From Fibrobacterota bacterium (GTDB taxonomy: Bacteria; Fibrobacterota; Fibrobacteria; UBA11236), in assembly GCA_028287465.1 (NCBI GenBank), contig JAQBPO010000050.1:182743-246742 (forward strand): a stretch of DNA of 64,000 nt. Reading direction: 5' to 3'. A model generated the notes under the pieces. It had not been told where the DNA came from, did not search any database, and worked only from the letters and a program-made list of their open reading frames with translations. Numbering within the stretch: position 1 is the stretch's first letter; each line of letters starts with the position of its first letter. The position numbers and the translations under genes were made by a program. Shown here in pieces: positions 27,741 through 37,033 of the stretch.

Positions 27741-29107
27741 CAGTGGGCCCTGACTCCGCCGCCGCCGGCCCCTCCGCGGCCACCGCCCGTCCTGGGCATC
27801 CCGAAGGGCGAGGATTGGGCGGCTTTCTGATCCTTGGCCGACGCCTCCACCCCCGTTATCACCTCGGTGCCCGGCTCCAGGTTCCCCATGATTTCCGTGC
27901 GGGCGCCATCGCTCAATCCCGTCCGCACGCGAACGGGCTTCGGCTTGCCGTTCTCCAGCACCCAGACGCGGCCGGCCGATTTGTCGCGGGCGGAATCCCC
28001 GCCTTCGCGCGTCCGGCGATGGCCGCCCGCCGAGTCGTCCCCGGGTGCCCCGCTTCGTCCGCCCTCGGCCCTGGCGCCGCCGACGGATCCCCCCGCGCCC
28101 ACGGAACCGCTGGAACGGTTCCCCGAACCGCTGGAACGGTTCCCGTCTCCGCCCTTGGCGCCCTTGGGCCATTTCCCGTCCGCCGGCATGGGTGGCATGA
28201 AGCGCAGGGCGGCGGCCGGTACGGTCAGGGCATCCTCCTTGCGCGCGACGGCGATCGTCAGGCTCGCGGTCATGCCGGGCATGAGCTTGAGATCGGGATT
28301 GGGCACGCTGATGACCACGTCATAGCTGACCACGTTCTGCACCGTAACCGGTTGCAGGCGGATCTGCCGGACCTCCCCGGTGAAAACCGAATCCGGATAG
28401 GCATCCACGGTGAAGGTGGCGCGCTGCCCCATGGAAATCTTCCCGATGTCGGCTTCGTCCACGGAAGCCTGGACCTGCATCGCGCGCAGGTCGCCCGCGA
28501 TGGTGAACAGGGTGGGCGTGTTGAAGCTCGCCGCCACGGTCTGGCCCACGTCCACGGCGCGGGAAAGCACTATGCCGTCGATGGGCGAAACGATGGTCGC
28601 GTACCGCAGATTGATGCGGGCCCGATCCACCTGGGCCCTGGCCGAGTTGAGGTTGGCCGCGGCCACGCGGGCGTTGGCCGTGGACTGATCCAGGTCCGCT
28701 TGCGATACCAGGCCCCGGGCGAACAGGGCCTCGGTGCGCTTGAGTTCCGCCGCGGTCTGGCGTTCCTGGGCGGCCACCTTCTCCATATTCGACGCGGCGT
28801 CCGAAAGCGAGGCCCGCAGCAAGGTGGTATCGATGCGGGCGATGACCTGGCCCTTGGAGACCTTGGAGTTGAAATCGACGTAGAGGGCGGATACCGTGCC
28901 GGAAACCTGGGTGCCCACCTGGACCGTCACCACCGCCTGCAAGGTACCCGTGGCGGTTACGGAAACCTGCAAGGGACCCCGTTCGGCGGGGGCGGTGCGC
29001 CATTTGACGTCATCGGGCTTGCGGCCCCAGAACCAATATGCGCCGCCGGCCAAGAGGGCCGCGAGCGCGAGGATGAGGGGGAGCCTGAGCTTGGTAAACG
29101 ACATCAC
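27740..29107 (-). CDS. Efflux transporter periplasmic adaptor subunit (MacA-like membrane fusion protein) with a Gly/Ser/Arg-rich low-complexity insertion
   Basis: A TM anchor is followed by a coiled coil and lipoyl/beta-barrel segments. The low-complexity stretch KGAKGGDGNRSSGSGNRSSGSVGAGG...GGRGGAGGGGV is present. The ATGA start overlaps the TolC stop. Confidence 0.85.
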   Translation of the reverse strand: MMSFTKLRLPLILALAALLAGGAYWFWGRKPDDVKWRTAPAERGPLQVSVTATGTLQAVVTVQVGTQVSGTVSALYVDFNSKVSKGQVIARIDTTLLRASLSDAASNMEKVAAQERQTAAELKRTEALFARGLVSQADLDQSTANARVAAANLNSARAQVDRARINLRYATIVSPIDGIVLSRAVDVGQTVAASFNTPTLFTIAGDLRAMQVQASVDEADIGKISMGQRATFTVDAYPDSVFTGEVRQIRLQPVTVQNVVSYDVVISVPNPDLKLMPGMTASLTIAVARKEDALTVPAAALRFMPPMPADGKWPKGAKGGDGNRSSGSGNRSSGSVGAGGSVGGARAEGGRSGAPGDDSAGGHRRTREGGDSARDKSAGRVWVLENGKPKPVRVRTGLSDGARTEIMGNLEPGTEVITGVEASAKDQKAAQSSPFGMPRTGGGRGGAGGGGVRAH

Positions 29108-30501
29108 TTGCCTCCGGGCGGATCGCCATGGGTTTCCGGGCCCGCCTGCCCGCCGGCATCCGCGCCGTTCTCCGCCGGAGCCCGTTTCACGAGCACTCCG
29201 GCCAATCGCTGCAAGGCCGCTTCGGATTGCTTGGCGCTCTGCCGCGCCGAGATCAAGCGGCCTTCCGCGTCCAACAGGCGCGTCTGGGCGTCGCGGAACT
29301 CCAAGGGCGAGGACGCGCCAAGCTTATACCGTTCCTGGGCCGCCTCGGCCTGGCGGCGGGCCACCAGGAGGTTGCGCTCCTCGAGGGACATGCGGCGCAG
29401 GCTGGTCTCGTATTGGCGGCGGGCCACTTCGAAATCGGACTCCACCGCCAGTTCCGTCTGGCGCAGGCGTGTTTCCCCCTGGCGCAGGCCTATCCTGGCG
29501 CGGCGCACGCCGGTCGGGGTGGCCAGGCGATCGAACAGGGGGACCGATAGGCCGATATTGTAGACGAACCCGCTCCTTCCCGCGCCCACGTTGGCGGAGT
29601 TGAGGGCTTCGGGGGTATTGGAGTAGGTCACCCCGGTAGTGAGGTTCGGAAGCCAACCGCCTCGCGCTTCGGCAACGCCGGCGGCAGCCGCGGTCTTCTG
29701 GGCCCGGGCCGCCGCCACTTCGGAATTGTTCGCGGAAAGGCCTTTGCGCCAATCTTCCAGGGGCAAGGACGGCTCCAAGGGGATCGAGTCCGCCACCTCG
29801 AAATCCAAGGCCGGATCCCGCGCGAGCTGCTGGTTCAGGCGGACCTTGGCCTGACCCAGGGAGACGGCCTGGTTGAGATAGGTGGAGGAATCCTCATTCA
29901 GGTCCGACAGGGATTGCAATTGCTCCAGCTTGGATCCCGCGCCCACTTCCAGTTTGGCGTTCGCCAGGCGCGCGCGCTCCTGGGATACCGCGAGCAAATC
30001 GTCGATGGCGGCCAGCCTCTGCTTCTGCTGGACCAGGTCGTAATAGGAGACCACCACGGTCTCGAGCAGGCTTTCCAGGGATTGGCGCTCCTGGAGTTCG
30101 GCGGCCCGCTCCTGGGATTCGAGGCGCCGGTATCCGTTATAGTTCCTGAACCCGTTGAATACGAGCCAATCGGCCGAAGCGCTGATACGGGTGGTGGATG
30201 CGGTTCCGTCCAGGGCGCCCGTCCGGCTGATCCCGGCATTGGCCGAGGGCAGGAAATTCCCGAACCCGCCCCTGCGGGCGTTCTCGGCCAAGGCGGATTC
30301 GTCCCGGGCCAGGGAAAGGGAATAGTTGTTTTCCATCGCCAGGCGGATGGCTTCATCCAGGGTGAGCAGCGGCTGGAGCTTACCTGAGGGGTTACCGGAA
30401 GGTTTATCGGAAAGCAGGGGACCCTGGGCCCGGGCGGTCCCGATGGCCAGGCCTGCGAGGGTCAGGATGGGCAATGCCGATTGGAGGGCGGTTCGGATCA
30501 T
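29104..30501 (-). CDS. TolC-family outer membrane protein of the MacAB-type operon
   Basis: The signal peptide is MIRTALQSALPILTLAGLAIGTARA. The body has TolC-like repeat halves. I chose the internal ATG at 30501; an alternative ATG lies at 30534. Confidence 0.8.
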   Translation of the reverse strand: MIRTALQSALPILTLAGLAIGTARAQGPLLSDKPSGNPSGKLQPLLTLDEAIRLAMENNYSLSLARDESALAENARRGGFGNFLPSANAGISRTGALDGTASTTRISASADWLVFNGFRNYNGYRRLESQERAAELQERQSLESLLETVVVSYYDLVQQKQRLAAIDDLLAVSQERARLANAKLEVGAGSKLEQLQSLSDLNEDSSTYLNQAVSLGQAKVRLNQQLARDPALDFEVADSIPLEPSLPLEDWRKGLSANNSEVAAARAQKTAAAAGVAEARGGWLPNLTTGVTYSNTPEALNSANVGAGRSGFVYNIGLSVPLFDRLATPTGVRRARIGLRQGETRLRQTELAVESDFEVARRQYETSLRRMSLEERNLLVARRQAEAAQERYKLGASSPLEFRDAQTRLLDAEGRLISARQSAKQSEAALQRLAGVLVKRAPAENGADAGGQAGPETHGDPPGGK

Positions 30502-30691
30502 ATGACCTAGAAAATACAAGCGGAAGGGCATGGCGGATGGATTTCCCTGGATATTTCCCATTTGACCGATAGGAAGCCGCGCGGGTTCCGCCCTACCGGA
30601 TTCAGACGGTATTCCGTTCCCCGGGCGCGGCGTGTTGCTACATTCCGGCTTGACTCGCGCGCCACACCCAATCTTACGAACGGGACCGAAC

Positions 30692-31243
30692 ATGATCGCT
30701 TTCTGGGCGAACCTGGGAACCTTTGAGAAGGTATTCTGGTTCATCGCCATACTCGCAACCACGGTGATGCTGATGCAGCTCATCCTGACCTTCCTGGGCA
30801 TGGACCACGGCCATGATGCCGATCTGTCCCATCCCGGGGACGCCCATTTCCAGATCTTCACCGTACGCAACTTCATGGCCTTTTTCGCCCTGTTCGGTTG
30901 GGTGGGACTGGCTTCCATCAACGCGCGCCAAACCGTGCCCGTCACCATAGCCTTCGCCCTGGCGGGCGGATGCGTGGCCATGGGGTTGGTGGCCGGCGTC
31001 CTCTACGGAATCAGCCGCATGACCGAGGACGCCACCTTCAAGGTCGCCGACGTGGTGGGCGGCCTGGGCAAGGTCTACATCCCCGTGCCCGGGGCCCGGG
31101 CCGGAAACGGCAAGGTTACCATCACCCACGGATCCCTGCGCGAACTGGACGCCGTCACCGACGGCGGCCCGCTTCCCACGGGTACCCAGGTCCGCGTCAA
31201 GGCCGTCGTCGACGGTTCCACCATCCTCGTAGAAAGGTCCTGA
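30692..31243 (+). CDS. NfeD-like membrane protein (TM helices plus a C-terminal OB-fold), partner of flotillin
   Basis: Three TM helices are followed by a beta-rich C-terminus, GKVTITHGSLRELDAVTDGGPLPTGTQVRVKAVVDGSTILV. The gene ends 1 nt before the flotillin start. Confidence 0.6.
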   Translation: MIAFWANLGTFEKVFWFIAILATTVMLMQLILTFLGMDHGHDADLSHPGDAHFQIFTVRNFMAFFALFGWVGLASINARQTVPVTIAFALAGGCVAMGLVAGVLYGISRMTEDATFKVADVVGGLGKVYIPVPGARAGNGKVTITHGSLRELDAVTDGGPLPTGTQVRVKAVVDGSTILVERS

Positions 31244-32758
31244 ATGGATTCCCTATACCTCCTGGGGGGCGCCGTCGTCCTTGTCATCATCCTCTTCATC
31301 ACCTCGGTGGGCATGTTCAGCCGCTTCAAGCGCTGCCCTTCCGATCGCATCCTGGTCATCTACGGCAAGGTGGGCAAGGACCGCGCGGGCGTGACCCAGA
31401 CCGCGCGCTGCATCCACGGCGGCGCCGCCTTCATCTGGCCCATCATCCAGGATTTCCAGTTCCTCTCCCTGACGCCGATCCAGATCGAGGTGGATCTGAA
31501 GAACGCCCTCAGCAAGCAGAATATCCGCGTCAACGTGCCCTCCAAGTTCACGGTCGGCATCTCCACCGAGCCGGACGTGATGCAGAACGCGGCCGAGCGG
31601 CTTCTGGGCCAGTCGGTCGACCATATCCAGACCCTGGCCGAGGACATCATCCTGGGCCAGCTCCGCCTCACCATCGCCACCATGGACATCGAGGAAATCA
31701 ATTCCGACCGGGACAAGTTCTACACCAACATCTCGAACAACGTGGGCGAGGAAATCAAGAAGCTCGGCCTCAAGCTCATCAACACGAACATCACGGACAT
31801 CAACGACAGCGCCGGCTACATCGAGGCCCTGGGCAAGGAAGCGGCCGCCAAGGCCATCAACGACGCCAAGAAGACCGTTGCCGAAAAGAACCGGGACGGC
31901 GAGATAGGCAAGGCCAACGCCGAGAAGATGCAGTACATCGGCCTGGCGGAGGCTTCCAAGGAAAAGGAGATCGGCTTGGCCGGCGCCAAGCGGGACCAGG
32001 AAATCTCCGTGGCCGAGGCCCAACAGATGACCCGCGTCAAGGTGGCCGCGGCCAACGCCCTCGCGGTCACGGGAGAGAACGAATCCAAGGTGGCTATCGC
32101 CATCTCGGACGCCGAACGCAGGCAACGCGCCGCCGAGGCGGAAAAGCTGGCCACAGCCTCCGAACAGGTCCAGAAGGCGAACGCGGACAAGGAAGCCTAC
32201 GCGGCCCAGCGTGAAGCGGAAGTGGTGCGCGGCGAGCGCGACCGGGCCACGGCCCAGGCCAACGTCATCGTGCAAGCCGAAATCGAGAAGCGCAAAATGG
32301 AGATCGACGCGGAAGCCCGCGCCGAACAGACCCGCCGCCTGGCCCAGGGCGAAGCCGACGGCATCCTGGCCATGAAGAAGGCCGAAGCCCTAGGCATGTA
32401 CGAGATCCTGAGCAAGCAGGCGGAAGGTTTCCAGAAGATGATCGACGCGGCCGCGGGCGACCCGGCCAAGGCCGTGCAGCTCATGATCGTGGACAAGCTG
32501 CCCCAACTGGTCGCGCTCCAGGTGGAAGCGATCAAGAACATCAAGATCGACGAGGTGATCGTCTGGGACAACGGCGGCGGCAACGGCACCGGGTCCAGCA
32601 CCGCCAACTTCCTGCAAAGCATGGCGGGTTCCCTGCCTCCCCTGCAGAACCTGTTCAAGATGGCGGGAATGGACTTGCCCGAGTGGCTGGCCAAGGCCCA
32701 TGAGACCAAGACCATCATCGTGCCCGTGGACGGGCACGATCCGAAGCATCCGGCCTAG
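31244..32758 (+). CDS. Flotillin-like SPFH/band-7 family protein (FloT/YuaG-like)
   Basis: An N-terminal TM helix is followed by an SPFH domain. A long EA-rich coiled coil follows (AEAEKLATASEQVQKANADKEAYAAQREAEVVRGERDRA). The C-terminal region is conserved. Confidence 0.9.
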   Translation: MDSLYLLGGAVVLVIILFITSVGMFSRFKRCPSDRILVIYGKVGKDRAGVTQTARCIHGGAAFIWPIIQDFQFLSLTPIQIEVDLKNALSKQNIRVNVPSKFTVGISTEPDVMQNAAERLLGQSVDHIQTLAEDIILGQLRLTIATMDIEEINSDRDKFYTNISNNVGEEIKKLGLKLINTNITDINDSAGYIEALGKEAAAKAINDAKKTVAEKNRDGEIGKANAEKMQYIGLAEASKEKEIGLAGAKRDQEISVAEAQQMTRVKVAAANALAVTGENESKVAIAISDAERRQRAAEAEKLATASEQVQKANADKEAYAAQREAEVVRGERDRATAQANVIVQAEIEKRKMEIDAEARAEQTRRLAQGEADGILAMKKAEALGMYEILSKQAEGFQKMIDAAAGDPAKAVQLMIVDKLPQLVALQVEAIKNIKIDEVIVWDNGGGNGTGSSTANFLQSMAGSLPPLQNLFKMAGMDLPEWLAKAHETKTIIVPVDGHDPKHPA

Positions 32759-32794
32759 CCGGAAAGCGCGGCTTCGCTCGCCCCCTGCCAGCCT

Positions 32795-33064
32795 TCAGGC
32801 GGAGCGGGGCTTTACTTCGATGAAGGTGGGTTGCTTGTCGGTGGCGCGGCGTCTCGGCGCGGACGCCGGCGCAAGGGGATTTCGAGAAGCCACGACCGCA
32901 TCGGCAGGCCCGCTCCGAACGGGGTCCGCGGACTCCGCTCCATCGGCGACGGGTTCGTCCCATCCCCGAGGGTGCCTGGGGAGGACGAAGGCGTAGCGGA
33001 AGGATTCCACCTGCGCCCCGAATTTCTCCTTCATGTCCCGCATGGGAACGACCCTTGACCGCAT
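32795..33064 (-). CDS. Possible small hypothetical protein of 89 aa
   Basis: This is the only ORF in a 390-nt gap. I recognise no motif. It could be spurious. Confidence 0.25.
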   Translation of the reverse strand: MRSRVVPMRDMKEKFGAQVESFRYAFVLPRHPRGWDEPVADGAESADPVRSGPADAVVASRNPLAPASAPRRRATDKQPTFIEVKPRSA

Positions 33065-33151
33065 GCCCCTAAACTAGCCAAAAGCCCAAGCCGTTACAAC
33101 CACGGATATCTTTGAAGAAGCTCGAATCCTCCTGAAGTTCCTCAAAGAACC

Positions 33152-33826
33152 TCAGTCGGGGGCGGCCGCGGAATCCGACCCGCCTCCTCCGCAACCTTCC
33201 GGGTTTTCGTCCTCGGCGCGCAGGGTTTCGAATTCCGTTTCCTGGGATTTGGGCACGAATACCATGGAGTCCGTGCGCCCGCCGGCCAGGGGACGGGTCC
33301 ACAGGAGCAGTTTGTCCTTGAAGGGGGCTTCGGGGAAATTCCGCAGCAGGGTATCGTTCACTGGAAGGATGCGGACGCTGCCCGCGGGCGGATCGAGGCG
33401 CAGATCCCAAACGCTGTCGCCGAGGGTATGCCGGATGCCGGTTACGGCGTAAGCGCCGAGGCTGTCGCAATATTCGCAAGCCAATCCGGGCAGGCTGTCC
33501 GCCCGGGTGCGGATGGTCAAGGCGCCGTTCGAGGAGTAACAGGGAACGTACAGCACCCAGCCCTGGCCTTCGACCTGGGAAACCTTGATCCAATTCTCCG
33601 GCAGGGCCTTGAGCCACAAGCGCACATCCTCGGGGGTGGTGACGCTGTCGGAACCCGCCGCTCCGGATCCTTGCCGATCCGATTCGCGCTGGCGCAGACC
33701 CACCAGCAAGACGATGCCCCACATCAGCAGGGCGGTCCCGAACAGGACGAATACGATGACGGGTCCGGAGGCTTTCCCATGCTGCCCGGGCCGCGCCGGG
33801 TGAGGCTGTCTCGCTTGATGTTCCAT
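33152..33826 (-). CDS. Hypothetical membrane-anchored protein (one N-terminal TM helix and a Cys-containing periplasmic domain)
   Basis: The TM helix is VIVFVLFGTALLMWGIVLLVGL. The domain carries CYSS and CEYC motifs. A Gly-rich C-terminus follows. I preferred this frame over the overlapping ORF 33069..33893. Confidence 0.5.
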   Translation of the reverse strand: MEHQARQPHPARPGQHGKASGPVIVFVLFGTALLMWGIVLLVGLRQRESDRQGSGAAGSDSVTTPEDVRLWLKALPENWIKVSQVEGQGWVLYVPCYSSNGALTIRTRADSLPGLACEYCDSLGAYAVTGIRHTLGDSVWDLRLDPPAGSVRILPVNDTLLRNFPEAPFKDKLLLWTRPLAGGRTDSMVFVPKSQETEFETLRAEDENPEGCGGGGSDSAAAPD

Positions 33827-33921
33827 GGAGGTTCCCTATGGCTGGAAGATGGGGGGACGCGCGACCGTTACGCATCCGGAAGCCGGAAACCAAGATAAAA
33901 ACAATCGCCGGGTAGGCGGGA

Positions 33922-34686
33922 TCAGTGGTGGCGGAGGATCAGGTGGACGAGCCCGTAGATCCAGCTCATGCCGAATACGAACACCAGGCTGATATAGAGG
34001 ACGGTCAGGAAGTACATCACGTAGCCGGCGATGACCAGCCAACCGTCGCGCTGCAGGGTGCCGAACGCCGTGAAAAGGATGCCGTAGGCGGGCAGGACGT
34101 TGGAGAAGGGGATGGGGAGCGGCGCCATCAGGACCGCCGCGCCCAGCACCAACAGGACTCCATTGAGCCCATGCACCCATCCGTGGGTCATCGGGAGCAG
34201 GCGGGGATAGCTCAGCTTTTCGATCCGGTGGAAGAGACGCGCCCCCTTTTCAAGGATCAGGAACAGGGTCTTGTGCGGCAGGCGGTATTCCAGGAGGCGT
34301 TCCGGGAGCAGGGGCGCGCGGTTGAGCAGGATTCCCAGGCCGATGAGCATGATGACCAGCCCTTGCGGGATGCTGATGCCCGGAAGGGGGATGGGAAGCA
34401 TGGATGGGATGGAGAAGAGCATGCAGGCCATCAGGAGGCCGCGCTCGCCCAGGGAGTGGATGATGGCGCGGACGGTCATGCCGTCCTTGGGAGCGGTCTG
34501 CATCAGATCGAAGAGCACCTGGCTGCAGCTCTTGTCCTCGAGTTCGAAGGGAACGGTATGCGCGGACGGATGGGGACCCTTCTGCGCTCGATCGTGGGTG
34601 CGCCGCTCGGCCCTCCGGTCCGCGCGCTTATCGACGGGCCGGAATTCGGAATGGGACGAGGTCGAAGGGGTCGGCTGCAAGGGCAT
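33922..34686 (-). CDS. Exopolysaccharide synthesis ExoD family membrane protein
   Basis: The block VRAIIHSLGERGLLMACMLFSIPSMLPIPLPGIS matches the ExoD N-terminal signature, and three or four further TM helices follow. I chose the internal ATG (MPLQPTPS). Confidence 0.7.
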   Translation of the reverse strand: MPLQPTPSTSSHSEFRPVDKRADRRAERRTHDRAQKGPHPSAHTVPFELEDKSCSQVLFDLMQTAPKDGMTVRAIIHSLGERGLLMACMLFSIPSMLPIPLPGISIPQGLVIMLIGLGILLNRAPLLPERLLEYRLPHKTLFLILEKGARLFHRIEKLSYPRLLPMTHGWVHGLNGVLLVLGAAVLMAPLPIPFSNVLPAYGILFTAFGTLQRDGWLVIAGYVMYFLTVLYISLVFVFGMSWIYGLVHLILRHH

Positions 34687-34846
34687 GGTTTCTCTTATAT
34701 TAGCATCGGTCGATGCCCTTTGGAAATGAAGGATGCATTCCAAAGGGGTGCCCTTAATTTCCGAAACTGGGCCGGGAAAGGCGAACAGCCCCCCTTTATC
34801 CCCTAAAAACTATATTTTGGCCCACACCCTTTGCCTAGGACCCGCC

Positions 34847-36523
34847 GTGAGCGCCTTGACCCAATCTCCCGCCTGGAAAGCCCTCCTGGACCACCATAAG
34901 AACGCGGCATCCCTGAAAATGAAGGATCTCTTCGCTGCCGACCCGGGACGCGCCGAGAGGTTCAAGGCGGAAGCCTGCGGCATCTACCTCGATTACAGCA
35001 AGAACATCGCCACGGACGAGACCTTCTCCCTGCTGCGGGGCCTGGCGCAAGCCGCGGACCTGGGGCAAGCCCGGGAAGACATGTTCTCCGGCAAGAAGAT
35101 CAACTCCACCGAAGGCCGGGCGGTGCTGCATACCGCCCTCCGCAACCTTTCCGGAACGCCCGTGGCGGTGGACGGCAAGGACGTGATGCCCGCGGTCCGC
35201 GCGGTGCTCGACAAGATGCGGGACTTCACGGAGAAGGTCCGCACCGGGGCCTGGGTCGGCTTCACCGGCAAGCCCGTCAAGCACGTGGTCAATATCGGCA
35301 TCGGCGGATCCGATCTCGGCCCGGTGATGGTCACCGAAGCCCTCAAGCCCTATTCCTACGACGCGAACGGCAAACCCCTTTTGCAGACCCATTTCGTCTC
35401 CAACGTGGACGCCACCCATATCGCCGAGATCCTCAAGCGGGTCGATCTGGAGCAGACCCTGTTCATCGTGGCCTCCAAGACCTTCACCACCCAGGAGACC
35501 ATGTCCAACGCCCTCTCCGCGCGCGAGGCGCTGATCAAGGCCGCGGGCGGGGACAAGTCGGCCGTCGCGAAGCATTTCGTGGCGCTCTCCACCAACCTCG
35601 AGGCCGTCGGCGCATTCGGCATCGACACGGCCAACGCCTTCGAGTTCTGGGACTGGGTCGGGGGCCGCTATTCCTGCTGGTCCGCCATCGGCCTTTCCAT
35701 CGCCCTGAGCATCGGATTCGGGCACTTCCGCGACTTCCTCGCGGGCGCCCACGACATGGACAAGCATTTCCGCGCGGCCCCGGCCGAAAGCAACCTTCCG
35801 GTCATCCTGGCCCTGCTCGGGATCTGGTACGGTGATTTCTTCGACGCCCAGACCCATGCCATCCTCCCTTACGATCAGTACCTGCACAGGCTGCCCGCCT
35901 ACCTGCAGCAGGCGGACATGGAATCGAACGGCAAGTCCGTGCGCAAGGACGGGAATCCCGTGGATTACCAGACCGGTCCCATTCTCTGGGGCGAGCCCGG
36001 CACCAACGGCCAGCATTCCTTCTACCAGCTGATCCACCAGGGGACCAAGCTCATTCCCGCGGACTTCATGGCCCCGGCCCAATCCCACAATCCCATCAAC
36101 GATCACCATCGCATCCTGCTCTCCAACTATTTCGCCCAGACCGAAGCGCTCATGGTGGGCAAGACCGTGCAGGATGCCGAAGCCGAGCTCGTCGCTTCGG
36201 GCGTTCCCGCCGCCGAGGCCAAGGGCCTGGCCCCGCACAAGGCCTTTCCCGGCAACCGCCCGACCAACTCCTTCCTCTTCAAGAAGCTCACGCCCCATGT
36301 GCTGGGCTCCCTGGTCGCCATGTACGAGCACAAGATCTTCACCCAAGGCGTGATCTGGGGCGTCAACAGCTTCGATCAATACGGCGTGGAACTGGGCAAG
36401 CAGTTGGCGAAGAAGATCCTGCCGGAGCTGGAAGCGGGGGAGAAGAACGTGGACGTTACCCTGAATCACGATGCCTCGACGAACGCCCTCATCCGCAAGT
36501 ACCTGCAGGAACGCGCGGGTTGA
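34847..36523 (+). CDS. pgi: Glucose-6-phosphate isomerase
   Basis: The full-length match includes [14 protein letters not shown], the catalytic block SKTFTTQET and [13 protein letters not shown]. The GTG start at 34847 has an AGGA ribosome-binding site 7 nt upstream. This gives [14 protein letters not shown], which aligns with the E. coli N-terminus. Confidence 0.95.
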   Translation: MSALTQSPAWKALLDHHKNAASLKMKDLFAADPGRAERFKAEACGIYLDYSKNIATDETFSLLRGLAQAADLGQAREDMFSGKKINSTEGRAVLHTALRNLSGTPVAVDGKDVMPAVRAVLDKMRDFTEKVRTGAWVGFTGKPVKHVVNIGIGGSDLGPVMVTEALKPYSYDANGKPLLQTHFVSNVDATHIAEILKRVDLEQTLFIVASKTFTTQETMSNALSAREALIKAAGGDKSAVAKHFVALSTNLEAVGAFGIDTANAFEFWDWVGGRYSCWSAIGLSIALSIGFGHFRDFLAGAHDMDKHFRAAPAESNLPVILALLGIWYGDFFDAQTHAILPYDQYLHRLPAYLQQADMESNGKSVRKDGNPVDYQTGPILWGEPGTNGQHSFYQLIHQGTKLIPADFMAPAQSHNPINDHHRILLSNYFAQTEALMVGKTVQDAEAELVASGVPAAEAKGLAPHKAFPGNRPTNSFLFKKLTPHVLGSLVAMYEHKIFTQGVIWGVNSFDQYGVELGKQLAKKILPELEAGEKNVDVTLNHDASTNALIRKYLQERAG

Positions 36524-36577
36524 TCCTCCGGGCCGCGCATACGGCCCCTCATCCGAACCACCCCTGGAACCTCTCGC

Positions 36578-36970
36578 ATGGCCTTCAATGAGACTCTTGC
36601 GGATCGCATCAGCGCCGCCCTCAAGGACTACAAGGGCGTCGAATCGAAACGAATGTTCGGCGGCATCGCCTTCATGCTCAACGGCCACATGTGCTGCGGC
36701 GTGATCAAGGACGATATGATGGCCAAGGTGGATCCCGAGCGCTATCCCGCCTTGCTGAAGAAGCCGGGCGCGCGGCCGATGGATTTCACGGGCCGCGTCA
36801 TGTCGACCTTCATCTTCGTGGACGCCAAGGGCCAGGGAAAAGCCGCGGGATTGAAGTTCTGGGTGGAAGAAGCCGCCAGGTACGCGATGTCCCGGCCGAC
36901 CAAAACCAGAACGGCCAAGCGGTCCGCTTCAAAGCCCCGCCTTAACGCCCGGAGGAAACCGCGCAGGTAG
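36578..36970 (+). CDS. TfoX/Sxy N-terminal domain family protein with a basic C-terminal tail
   Basis: The TfoX_N core KRMFGGIAFMLNGHMCCGV is present. The tail is lysine/arginine-rich: RPTKTRTAKRSASKPRLNARRKPRR. Confidence 0.75.
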   Translation: MAFNETLADRISAALKDYKGVESKRMFGGIAFMLNGHMCCGVIKDDMMAKVDPERYPALLKKPGARPMDFTGRVMSTFIFVDAKGQGKAAGLKFWVEEAARYAMSRPTKTRTAKRSASKPRLNARRKPRR

Positions 36971-37033
36971 ACCGGGGATCACCCGGAGATGAGTATCGAT
37001 CGGCCTTCCACGCCGATCGCCTGGCCCTTCCGA

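Noticed and set aside
27731-29563. 610-aa plus-strand ORF opposite the MacA-like adaptor and TolC genes
   Set aside because: It is antisense to two well-supported minus-strand genes.
33069-33893. 274-aa minus-strand ORF overlapping the 33152-33826 frame
   Set aside because: It is an alternative frame with an Arg/Gly/Pro-rich translation. The other frame has a TM helix and a plausible domain. Only one of the two can be real.
34835-36688. 617-aa minus-strand ORF opposite pgi
   Set aside because: It is antisense to the clearly identified pgi gene.
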